DNA of 63,921 bases, the filler included, from Atractiella rhizophila (Eukaryota): assembly GCA_021432655.1 (NCBI GenBank). It is 5 parts of 5 records of this genome, joined end to end, with 100 filler letters (N's around TTAATTAATTAA, not from the genome) between each part and the next. Parts side by side here need not be neighbours in the genome. Positions count along the whole stretch, not along the records: positions 1 to 18,396 come from MU271860.1; 4 more parts are not named here. One strand, 5' to 3'. Within the stretch, counting starts at the first letter, position 1. Each line of letters opens with the position of its first letter. The translations under genes and the position numbers were made by a program. The notes under the pieces were generated by a model. The model had not been told where the DNA came from, did not search any database, and saw nothing but the letters and a program-made list of their open reading frames with translations. Below, piece after piece: positions 1-12,766 of the stretch.

Positions 1-356
1 CAACGAACTTGCCTCCCTTTCTGACACACTACCAAACATCATAGCTCCATCCTTACTCGTTCCCTGTTGCCTGTTAACCGCTAGATTTGACGACATAGCA
101 TATAGAGACACACCTGGCGGGGTTGCGAAGAATAGTCCATCTCTACTTAAAACAACCTGCTTCTTGAAGGATACTGACAACTTTTTTGCCTCACTTTGAT
201 GCGGAAACCGTGCTCTGCCGCATGTTTGTTTGGCGAGAAGCATTCAAGTCACCTGACCTTGTTAACAGCGCGTCAGTCCAGAAACAAAACCGTTTCTTCC
301 CTTCGTCCTTTCTACCCAACTTGCTCAACCTCTTGCTCTTGATATACGACCATAAA

Positions 357-1670
<1,314 letters not shown>

Positions 1671-2053
1671 GTTGTTGTCAGTGTGCAAAGATGGTGATGT
1701 GATCTGCTTCGTTTTTCTTCTGTCTTTGGTTGGTATCTTCATGTGTAGAAATTCGACCAATTAGTGCATCGGACAATGACTACGACTTCTGACTGGTATT
1801 CTTCATCTAATGCGAAAAGCACCATGATCCCTTTCAACAAGAGGATGTTCACGACTTAAACTTGAATGAGATAGATTGGCCTTTGCAGCAGAATCGCATT
1901 TCTGGTAGGCAGGAACCAAGAACAACTGAAAAACTAGAGGCTCCATTGTTGGGCTGGATCCTACGTGTCCCAAAGAATAACTTGCTACAGGTTCCCTATT
2001 TATTTCTTGCAGTTATTTCCAGTACAGATATTTGAGATTGAGAGATCAAGCGA

Positions 2054-2619
2054 TCAAGAAGGGATGAGTCCAAGCTTCTTAGCTGCCACCAAAGCCTTCG
2101 CTTTCACAGGTTCAAAATCACCAAAGGCTTCCAACTTCTTTGCCTCCTCATCCTCTGGCCCCTTCGTCCAATGGCTCGTAGCCTTTACGGTCTCACTGTC
2201 ACCAGTTCCTTTGAAGGTATATGTGATGTTGTTGACGACGATGGTCTTGTCGGGATGTACCTCGATGGATTGCAGACTGGTCCCCCAAGATTGTACATTA
2301 ACGGTCTATCTCTTGAAGCAGTAAAAGAGCAAATGTACTCGTTCTTGACAGACTCAAAAGCGGGGATTTGGGATAGGAAAAACTGCTTGAAAGCGTCCCT
2401 GCCTTCGAGGGGAGGCTGGCCATTGCCAATGATGATGGTTGCATCAGGTGCGAAAGAAGCCAGGTAGGCTTCGAGGTCATAAGATCCTCCGGAGAATTCT
2501 CCAGCTGCAAGAGTCTACAAGCAATATCAGGTAAGGGAGCTCGAAGAAAAATCATTAGAAAGACGCACCTTCTTCACCCATTCCTCACCAGCTTTCTTTT
2601 GTGCTTCGGTAACGCTCAT
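2054..2619 (-). CDS. Small SnoaL/NTF2-like fold protein, multi-exon
   Basis: MSVTEAQKKAGEEWVKK...LASFAPDATIIIGNGQPPLEGRDAFKQFF...NNITYTFKG...LGLIPS*. The F-A-P-D-A...G-N...G-R-D-A pattern is typical of SnoaL-like domains. Confidence 0.6.
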
Positions 2620-3522
2620 GTTGTGATTCCGTACGTCGGTATTTGGGTTAAAAGGGGAGGGGAGGTTTCGAAACCAGAGAGACAGACGCCTTTTATGCTC
2701 AGGACGCCGAGGACTCATGAAAAGGCTCCGGTGTGGAGAACAAACGACGAGCAGTGTACTTGATCGATTATCGATGAGATGAGCGCTCTATCAACAAACT
2801 CCTGCGCAATATGTTGGCAAAGCTGCCCTCGATAGCGCCATGGTATTCAACCTGTTACGCCGTATGTATTACATCATGAGGATGCCGCACTTCGAGCAAA
2901 TCCTTGAACAGTTTCTAAATCACGCATACGCCTGGGAAGACTTCCTCAACCCTCCACTGACCATCCCTACGTGTACCTGCACCACACATTGTTGGTGGTC
3001 GGAGACACGAAGGCATTTCCCACTGGCGAAGCACGCTCAAAACATTTCAGCTTGTGTTTAATCGTCGTTTCATACGCGATATTAGTGGTATCACGTGGCT
3101 TCTGTGCCTTTTTTGCACTCTCTACCTCTTTAGCTGAGCAGAACAACTTAGTTTTCAGCTCAAATTCAATACTTACCATTCTTGAGCTATATAATTTGTT
3201 AATTTTCTCGTCTTTTCCATCGAGCATCCCGGGAAACAGTAGTGCTAACATTGAAACCTTGGCTGGGATAGCCCGATGAACACACTTTACTCCGGGATGG
3301 GAGCGGCGGAATGTCTACGATACGATAAGAATTGGCAACCAGTGACGCGAACGTGTAGGCGAGCCAATTGATTTCTCGATTTCTGGGCAAGGTATGGACT
3401 AGCGAAACCGAGGTCAACGCGTCAGAGAGAACTGAAGGTAACACGTTCCTGGCGCGCATACAAAAGAGCGGTTAATACTTTGGAGTAAAAATGGCCCTCA
3501 GGATCTTCAATCAGACGTCGCA

Positions 3523-5041
3523 ATGGTCCAGCTCAAGCTCCTCGCTTTCGCCCCACTCGTGTTTGCTGTCCCTTTTTCGAAGAGAGCGCCCCAAAATCTG
3601 AACTTGCAAGGACATAGGGGATCGAGGTTTGCATTTTATTTTCTTTTGTACGGTAGACTGAACACGACTGGACTTTATAGGGGAGAGACCGTCGAGCAGA
3701 CGATGCCTGCTTGGGCGAGGGTATGTGTCTCTCTCTCCTGTAGTCTCTCCTCTACCGAACGAAAACTAAATTGAAGGGTGTTGAATAGGCATTTGAAGAC
3801 GGGGTAGATACCATGGAGGGTGATTTTGGTATTACTAAAGACGACATTGCTGTCTGCTTTTTCCCTTCTTCCCTCCTCTGATACTGAGAGCTGCAGCACA
3901 GGTGATTTGGCACGACGAAGACATTCAGGCGACAAAATGTCTCGATACGAAGCCTGTCGCCGCCGACGATCCTCTGTTCCCGTGTTAGTATCTTCATCTC
4001 TTTCCTGATTCTCGGCAAGCTGAACGACTTGAACAGACGTCGGAAAGTACATTGCGAACCTGACGTTGGCTCAAATCAAGACGCTTGACTGTGGTTCTCA
4101 ACACCTCACTGGATTTCCTCTCGCTCTCACATCTCCAGGCACAAAGATCCAGACGCTGACACAATTTTTCGAGTTCACAAACTGTGTTGATGTTTCCAGG
4201 CGGCTGCACTACAATTTGGAGACGAAGATCGATCCTGCATTCCCCAACTTAACAAAGGGACCGGAAATTTTTGTTGAGAAGGGAGTGGAGGTTTTCAAGA
4301 AGAGCGGAAATTGGAAACGCATTACTCATCAGAGTTTCGATTGGAGAGCATTGGTTTACTCCAAGCAGAAATACAGTGACCTTACGACCGTTGCGCTTTT
4401 TGACGATACAACGATTGATCCTCAAGGTTTGTTTCTATCTCTCGATTGCAAAGGCGCTAATGGTATGCATCCATGGACAGGTTACCCTAGGGCTGAAGAC
4501 CTTCCTATCCCTGGTGATGTCTCTCCTTGGCTCGCAAACTTGAAAATCGAAGACTTCCCCGGAGACGAGCCCTCCGCCCAAGTCGTTTACGCTGCACAGA
4601 GCATCGGAGCTTCTATCATCTCTCCCAGCTATCGCGCGTATAATTCCGGAGATCAATCAACGAACGATATTGGTGAACCTGGCTTTGTGCCATTCATCAA
4701 CTCAACAATGGTGAACACGGCTCATGAGCTTGGATTATGTTGGCTCTTCTTCTCCACACTGTGACAGATGCTGATGGCACTTGGTGCAGATGTCATTCCG
4801 TGGACTGTGAACGGGATTAAGAATGTCGAGTGGCTCGTAGATGATTTGGGAGTCGATGGTGTGTCCCCATTCTCCTCGAATTTGGAGAGCCGAAGACTGA
4901 ACAGAGTACGCAGGCATCATTACGGATTATCCTGGTTCTATCGCTCGCTGGCTTAAACAACAGGAGATCAAGAGTCCTAAGCCTTGGGCACAAGAGAGGA
5001 TAGACTACTGCCTGAAAAAGTACAACTACGGCAGGCAGTAA
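3523..5041 (+). CDS. Secreted glycerophosphodiester phosphodiesterase (GDPD, PLC-like)
   Basis: Hydrophobic N-terminus followed by KR; motifs LQGHRGSRGE, DTMEGDFGITKD, IWHD, YNLETKIDP, HQSFDWRAL, IPWTVN, GIITDYP; stop TAA 5039-5041. Confidence 0.88.
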
Positions 5042-5221
5042 TTCCGTGTCTAATCTCACATGGCACATTCATATTTCGTTGTAATTTATCGCTTCATGCC
5101 TTTAATGGGAACAAAATTGCCATGCCTCTTAATTTAGCTTCTGCAGGTGGGAAGATGAGCCGGGATTTGTTTGGTCTGGAAGAATGATACAATGTTCCGA
5201 CAAACGTGAGAGTATAACATT

Positions 5222-8200
5222 TTAGAACTCCTCTGCGTCGTCAATTTCGATCTCGTCCTTGTTTTTGAGAACAGCAGCGTTCTCGGGACCATCCTCCCGA
5301 GCCTTATTCGTCGAAGCCCTGCATACGGAAGACATCAATTCCATCCACAGACATAATAGGAGGTTTGATGGATACTTACGGAACAAAAGCCCCCTTCCGT
5401 CCAGTTTCCAGCGAGGCCATTGGATCCCGCGCTTCCGACACTGATGGCGGAGGTGCTTTGCCTGCACGCGCCTGTGATCGCAATAGTAGAGTGAGAGGAC
5501 CGTCACAGGACGTTGGTAGAGAGGCATAACCTACATTTTCGACTCTTGCAGCGATATACGAACTTTCGGTATTAAAGCTAGCTTGGACGCTTCTTTTGAC
5601 TGTTCACCCGAGTCAGGCCCATGTGATACCAGACGAGGGACAGGATGGTCGTACTTCTCAACATCTCCCTGAATGTATCTTCACTCCCATGATCGACTTC
5701 AAAGTCATTCCATTCCTTCCAATACTTGGCCATCGTCCTCGGATCACAGAATTGTGCTCCATACCCAAATATACGTCTTGCACGATCGATCTCGCCCAGC
5801 TTCTTCTCCATAGCAGAAAACCGAAGGCACATCTCTGCCGTTTCACGATCGGGCAGTGATTCGATTGCCTTTTCGTAGATCTTTCGAGCAGCCGGGAGAC
5901 CGAAATTGGCAGTGGCTTTGGCGACGTAGAAAGTGTACATCTATCAGCAATTTAGTGCTCAGAAGTGAAAAAGAGGTGAATACGCACCTCGAACTTATCC
6001 TCACTCTCCACCATCTCAGTCGCCCTCTCGTATATCCTCATCGCACGCTTGGCGAGGCCATGTTCCTCTTCCAACTTGCCATACATGAGGAAGATCGGCT
6101 TGCAAAACTTTGGGGGACATTTCTCAAGCGCTTGTTCGAAAAGGTCGCGGGTTCGTTCTAGCTTGTCTCCTCCGTAACGCTTGACGAATTTTGAAAGGTA
6201 GATGTTCCAGATTTCGAACACGACCGGGAAGGTGAAGGACTCCACACCTCGCTCGTACACCTATCATCAACAGACACAGTTGAGACAGCACAGGTGAGAC
6301 AAAATGAGCACATGTGAAATGATGTGAAGAAAGAGTGAGGATACGCACTTTGAAGGATTCCTCAAAGTATTCGTTCTCCTCCAAGAAATTAGCATAATTG
6401 ACGACCGTTTGCGGATTCGCAATCTTGAGCTGAAACATGAGGTCGTACACTCTCTTGGTGCTCTCGACCGTCCCAATGCTCTCCTCCAGATCGACATAGA
6501 AGCTCCACAGTTTCAAAGACTTGAACAAGCGTTGCTGAACCGGCAAGCTCTATCGCACAATTGCCTCGCATCAGTACTCCGATTCTTCCACTCTCCGAAA
6601 GAAACAGAAACGAACCTCATTAAAGTACCCCACTCCCTTCGCGCTCTTCGGGACCGCGGTAGCCCTCTCCATCACCTTTCTGGCCTCCTCGAAATTCCCA
6701 AGTCTCAATTCCATCTCTGCTCTCTCGATCCACACCTCCGCCAACTCATCCACCTTTCTAAACTGCACCGTCGTCGCTTTTTCGAATACCTGTCTGGCGG
6801 AGGAGACGTCGCCTTTGGAGCTCGAACCGCCTGTCTCGTAGAATTTGGCAAAGTTTATGTACAATCGATGTAGGCCGGCTGTCGCTTTTCGCGGGTCGAT
6901 AGTGGAGAGGGCTTCTGTGTATGTTTTCGCTACCTGATGTCCATAGTCTTAGACACACGACACGTCGAAGATATAGAAGACGAGAGAGGAGAGAGGAGAC
7001 AAACCATGACATCGTCTTCTCCATACAACACAACCCTCTTCTCCCACTCCTGCACATCATCCCTATTCCTCCTCAACAATACCTCATTGACAAGAAAAGG
7101 TCTGCGATCCATAAGTTCCTCAAACTCCCTCATCCGTCGATCCGTCTCCTCACCTCCATCCTCTCCATCCTCCTCCGCCTCAACCAACGACGAAACAAGC
7201 ATTTCAAGGAAGGCGACGTAAGCATCGAACACCTTGGTAAAGTCTCTGACCGTCAAAACCTTCTGCAGACCTTCCTCGAAAGTGCGTTGCGCCGCATCGA
7301 TGGATGAACGTTTGATGTAGTAGAGGGCTAGGGAAGCGAAGAGTGGGCCTGCTTGGTCCGGGAACGGTTTCACCCCGTGTTTGAGCACCACTTGGCGGAC
7401 AGGTATCTTGTCCGGATTACTGGGATCAGCATACGGAGGGAGCGTGTCCCCATCCTCCACCACCTCCATTCCCTCCTCCCCTCCTTCGCCTTCACCAATC
7501 TCCTCATCCTCAACTCCAACCTGTTCACCCCACTCTTCCACACCCTCCATCCAGTCCTCTACAAGTTGATACGTGCTCCGTCCCCTCGTATCCTTATACT
7601 TTCCGGTCTGAGCGAGGATGGCGAGTCGCAGTCCACTCTTGAGTGCGACGAGAGGTTGTGGGGCTGGGTTGAGGGGAGAGAGGAGGAGTTTGATGTATAG
7701 CGGTTCGAGGGAAGGATAGATGGTTAAGGCTCGCTTCCACACCCGTTGGGCCGTCAGACCGCCCCGACGGGTGGACCACCGTAGATATGGACGCCAGATT
7801 CTGGTGTGGAGGGAGGTAGGGAGGGAGCGGAGTGCGCGGTCGAAGGTTCGACGGGCGTGTGTGTGTTGCAGCCTTTCACCAGCAAACACAAGCATCAACA
7901 ATTCTGCTCATGTACCCTATCCAGCTACACGAGAGAGAGAGAGAGATGGAAGAGAGGACGTACGATGCTGGGCATTTTTGGTGCAGGAAGACGGTAAACA
8001 ACATGAGCCATATCCTCGGCATCTTTGGTAGGTAAGCCAGAGCACGTTCAAAGCACCCCACAAGCTCTCTCCACTCCCTCCATCCCTTCACCGGATCGTT
8101 CCCTCCCTCCCAAGGTCCCTCCGCAAAGTCCATTTCCGCCTCCTCCAGCTCCAGCTCCTCCTCCTCCTCCTCCTCGTCATCATCCTGCGTCGCACCTTTG

Positions 8201-8541
8201 AAATACCTCCCTTCCGTCTTCTCCAAATACGCAACGACTCCAACGCTCTCCTCCTCCTCCTCAGTCCTAAACCTCTTCCTAGGGCGTCCCTCCACCCAAT
8301 CCCTCTTGCTCTTCCCCATCACATGGCCGCTTCTCAGCTTCAGATACTCGTACCAGAGCCCAAAGTCTGTGGGAAAGTCGCGGACTGCTCGCTCGTAGAT
8401 GTCGTAGACGACGGCATGTGGAAGGGAGGGCGTGGAGGCGAGGGAGAGGAGGAGGGAGCGGTAGACGGGCAGTGTGGGTGCCTTGAGCGCTTGGAGGAGG
8501 CTCGTATGGAGGTGGGTGGGGACGGATGCTGCCAGTGCCAT
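5222..8541 (-). CDS. SYF1: Pre-mRNA splicing factor Syf1/XAB2 (HAT repeats)
   Basis: FERALAYLPKMPRIW, RRTFDRALRSLP, FEELMDRRPFLVNEVLLRRN, LFKSLKLWSFYVDLEESIG, KLERTRDLFEQAL, EVDHGSEDTFREMLR. Confidence 0.95.
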
Positions 8542-8612
8542 GCTGAACCGCGTCTTGCTTTTTCGTGTTTCCTTCACGTAGTCCTCAGACTACGGCTTTA
8601 GTCGACGGTAAT

Positions 8613-8622
8613 ATCACGTGAC
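8613..8622. promoter_or_regulatory. E-box ATCACGTGAC (bHLH, Cbf1/SREBP-type) upstream of SYF1
   Basis: Palindromic TCACGTGA about 70 bp upstream of the ATG; another TCACGTGA at 17993-18000 precedes TAF9. Confidence 0.35.
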
Positions 8623-10662
8623 CGCTATCTTTCGCAGAAAAATCTTTGGAATTCTCAGGCAGCACGGTATTGCTCATTGGCACATAATGGAAAGTTTACA
8701 ATTTACTATCGTTTCCGAAAATACAGCAAGTTTCACACTTCCCTTTCCCTCGAAAGTCTAGCTTGACTTCAGCAAAACAGGCATACAAAAGGTATTCCTG
8801 CTGCAAAGCTAAATCCATTCCTTGATGCACTCATTAGATACGTTTCGGTAAAGGATCGCAAAGTTCAATTTCCTGATGGTCGGATCATCGACTGGGATGT
8901 TGTCGGTTTGTCATCACACCTCCGTTTCTTTGCATCCTTGCATTGTTTCGCCGTTTCGCTGATGATGTCGTGGGCGTGAAGGCCATGACTCTCCAGCTCC
9001 GAATTTCACAGGAACGTTTACCTTTGTCCCTTTCGAGAGAAGGACTGAATAATGGAACAGTCGTCTTCCCATTCCACAGCGCTAGCGTAGGCTTTGTCTT
9101 CTTCCCCAGGCAGTTGTCACTCATTCGGCGCACAGAAAACCGTGACCATGATACGAGAGTATGCTCAAGGTATCGTTCTCTACATTTACAAAGGCTTCAA
9201 GTTTTCAATGTGGACGAATGAAGGAACGAATACACTCCACATCTCCTTTCCATCCGGTTCCGTAGACTGGAAGAAACACACATCAGCAGAACACGGCGCG
9301 CGCAACGAGCTGAACGAAGAAGCGAGGTGAAGTATCCGTCTAGCATTTGATTCGATGCGCTCACTCGGAGTAAGGCTGGAAGGAGGCACGTGGATACCTC
9401 TCGTGGATGAGAAGGATGGATGGCTTCCGGAGCTGAAATGGTCCACCGTCCGTCCACTTCATCTCTCATATTGGTCACCAATTGATCACCAGGATCGCAT
9501 CGCAGAATAGATTTATACCCTATCTCGTCATCGTTCGTCCATATCTATTTTTGCATGTTATTCGTCCAATTTCATGGCGGCGATCCAGGATCCACTCCCA
9601 TCTTCCAGTCCCCTACCTCAAGATGAGGAGGTTAGTCTTTCTCCAAGTCTTTTTGACCGTCGTATATGAAAAGTGTGTATAGGAGCTGATTGAGCCCATT
9701 CATAATGTAACTTTTGAGCAGTTTAAACAGTTTCTTCGGAATGGCCAGGTCATGGGTCCTTCCGGTTTGTTTTCCTTCACGTTGTCTCGTTGTTATAAAG
9801 GAGCTAACATGAGAGAACAGCTCAGACTTTTCTAATTGCTGTCGAGAGGTTGAAAGAAATGGGATTGGTGACAAAGGAGGACCTTTAGAATTGGACATAG
9901 AATGAGCAGGCGACTCTGTAGATCTGTCACATAACTGTATATTACAACTGGCATAGACAGTGTTCACGGAACTTTCTCCAGAAACATCGCTTCATGTGTG
10001 ATAGCAATGTGCTTTCTCGCTTAGAAGAGACAAGCTTCTTCACAGGATCAAGAGCGCATCTAGTTCATTGGAAAAGGATGCCGGCAGCAAGTTACGTCGT
10101 ATTTACAAGTTGGGCCACTGGCAGAGATCGACATTACAAGCATAACCAACTGTACAATAACAAGAAAAAGCATCCCGAAGGAATAGACCACTTGAAGAAT
10201 ATGTTCGACGACCTGGAGCCAAAATAACAAGTCTAGAATGAGGTCTGACGACTTCCTGCACTTTGGACTATGAAAGGTTTCGAGGGTTTCAATGTCTGCC
10301 ACGTGTCAGAATCGAAGCAAGCTGAACCATGGTCCGAGACCTGGCTTACTTCGAGTACCAGCAGCAGTTCGACTTCTATCGACCTCTTTCCATGATGTTT
10401 GAAACACATCGGTGATGAAAATGAAAGAAACTCTTCAAAGATCCAATATCCTATATGTCTACCGCCTAGCACAACACACCTGATTCCTTTCTTCCATCAC
10501 TGTCACATATGCTACTGAAACTGCATTAGAGCCAAGATTTCTTCATTTTCTTTCGTGGTTGGGGAGATCTTGCATACTTTCAAGCCCCTCCGAGGGCTCA
10601 GAGATCCACCACCACAATTGCCACTTCTGCTTGTACTTGCATCTTGCGAGGTAGAAGGAGGA

Positions 10663-12601
10663 ATGGGGAGGGAGTTGCAATCTTTGCCATCTGAGCTACT
10701 TCTGAGGGTACTAAGCTATGTCGAAGCTGACGATCTGGTCCGGGTTGGGAGGTTGAATACATTTTGGAATGCGATGGCTGACGATAGGCTGGTGAGTTGT
10801 GCTTCAAAGCTTCAGGGATTGAGGGATATTATTGGAGCGTGGCGGATTTGATATACAAAAGCGCCGTTAGTTGCTCCTAATTGAAGCTGATCCAAAGTGG
10901 CCGCGTTGTGCTGCATATTTTGGCATCAATACCGAGTGGAAAGAAGCAACTTCACTCTCCGAAGGCTATAGTCCTTTCCACGTTTCCTGAAGCATAAACA
11001 CCTTGAGCAACATTGCAATTATCAACTGATTGGCAAGCGCGATGACATAAACCTGTACCAGTTGTGTGATTTGACCAACCAATGGCCGCTTCCTTTGTGT
11101 CGACCTAACCCTTCGTTCAAGCGCAAAGGCTATTAAAAGTCTATGCGCAATTATTCTTATTTCATACTCAACGCAAGCTGATTGTCGGTTCAAGCTTTGG
11201 AAACGGCTTTACCATCAACACTTCCCGCTTACAGTCCTGCGCCGTTCCCTCCTTCCAAACGTCAGCAAGTCAACTTCCCGGTCTTGGAAAACGCTGTACA
11301 AGATTTCTATACGTTGGCGCGCTCTCAAAGCGAAGACATCCTCGGTGTCCCTGTCATCCTACCCCACAGGTCCAAACACCCTGCTCCAGCATTCAGGAGG
11401 TGTTATTTTCACTGCCGCAAAGAAGCACGTTGCTGGACAAGATGGAACATCGAGGATTGGGGTTTGGAACGGGAAAGGGTTGGAGTGTTATGGATATATC
11501 CCATTGGAACAACGGAAGGAAGGAGAGGATATGACGGCACTGCAGGTCGATACTGCCGGGAGCAAGAGCGATGGGTCCCTTCTTCTTGGTGCTTTCTATT
11601 CGACAGGGAGCTTCACTTTGTATTCCGTTCAGCTTGACACTTCCGCGCCAAGCCTTAGGTCGACCGTCGTCTTCCACAGATCGCAGCTCCATGCCCCAAT
11701 CACACAAGTGGCGTTCCACTCTCCTCTTCTGGTCACTCTTGTCTCCTCTGGACGTCTTAACTTCTGGACCGTTGATAAAGGTGGCGATGGATGCTTGAAA
11801 GTGACACCCAATGCAGAAAGCGCGCTCACAGCACCATATCTCGACATGCCTTGCGTACTTTCCCTCACAAGACGGCAGGAACAGTCCTTCGATCTCTCCC
11901 TCGCTTACACTATGCCTTCCTACCCACCTTCCCCGGAATCAGCATACGCCACAACAATGTCAAGTGTGGTGGCTGTTCAGTCATTCACGATCCGTCTGGA
12001 CAAGGAGGGGAGTGCAATTAAGATTGACAGGGACGAGTCTGATTTTTCGGTCTCCATACCTGCTCCGATCGTATACAGCACGTCATCCACCGATGGAAGC
12101 CCTAGTCTGAGGCGGATGAGGGGGAAGAAACGGAAACGGGAGTCAAGCGACTCAGAAGATGGTGACAGAAGAATGCCTCCACCTGCTCCTACCTCAACCT
12201 CACATCCAGCACCACCCCTCTCGACAGGCGTAACTTCCATCACCTTCTCTCCACCGCACATTCTAACCTCCCATTCATCCAACGTCGTCCGTTCATATCT
12301 CGTTCCGTCTGCCCCAGGGCTGTCGACCGGCATCCTCCCTCACACGTCAGTCTCCTACCTTCCATCCCCGTTGCTCTCGCTGTCTTCTTCGACAGAGATG
12401 GAGAAGTGTGTCAGTGGTGGAAAGGATGGGCAGATTCGAGTTTGGGATTTGGGCACCGATGGTGCTGGGATGGTTTTGCAGGAAGAAGGCGAGGAGGTCA
12501 GAGGCAAGATTGTGGAAGTTGGTTTTGATGAGGATCGTATTGTTTGCATCACCGTAGATGAAGAGGATAGAGAGATTCTGAAGGTTTATAGCTTTGAGTA
12601 A
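10663..12601 (+). CDS. F-box / WD40-like protein, two exons
   Basis: Exon 1 is an F-box (LQSLPSELLLRVLSYVEADDLVRVGRLNTFWNAMADDRL); intron 10792-11194; exon 2 continues in frame LWKRLY...WKTLYKISIRWR, with C-terminal WD motif VSGGKDGQIRVWD. Confidence 0.8.
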
Positions 12602-12766
12602 TTGTTTGTTGTTGTACTATGCATCTTTATTTGTCGAGGAATATTACTTCGATTCCACAACATGAAATTACCTGATTACGGCTTTGTATAAAGCGTGCTT
12701 GGGCAAGGAAATAACGTGAGGTGTATCAGAAGTCCCCCCACCTTCACACCTATCCTTCCTTTCGAA

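Noticed and set aside
2840..3459. Overlapping short ORFs between the SnoaL-like and GDPD genes
   Set aside because: No recognisable motif or consistent exon chain
8150..8262. GAG/poly-Glu runs in the SYF1 N-terminus
   Set aside because: Ordinary low-complexity acidic insertion within a coding exon
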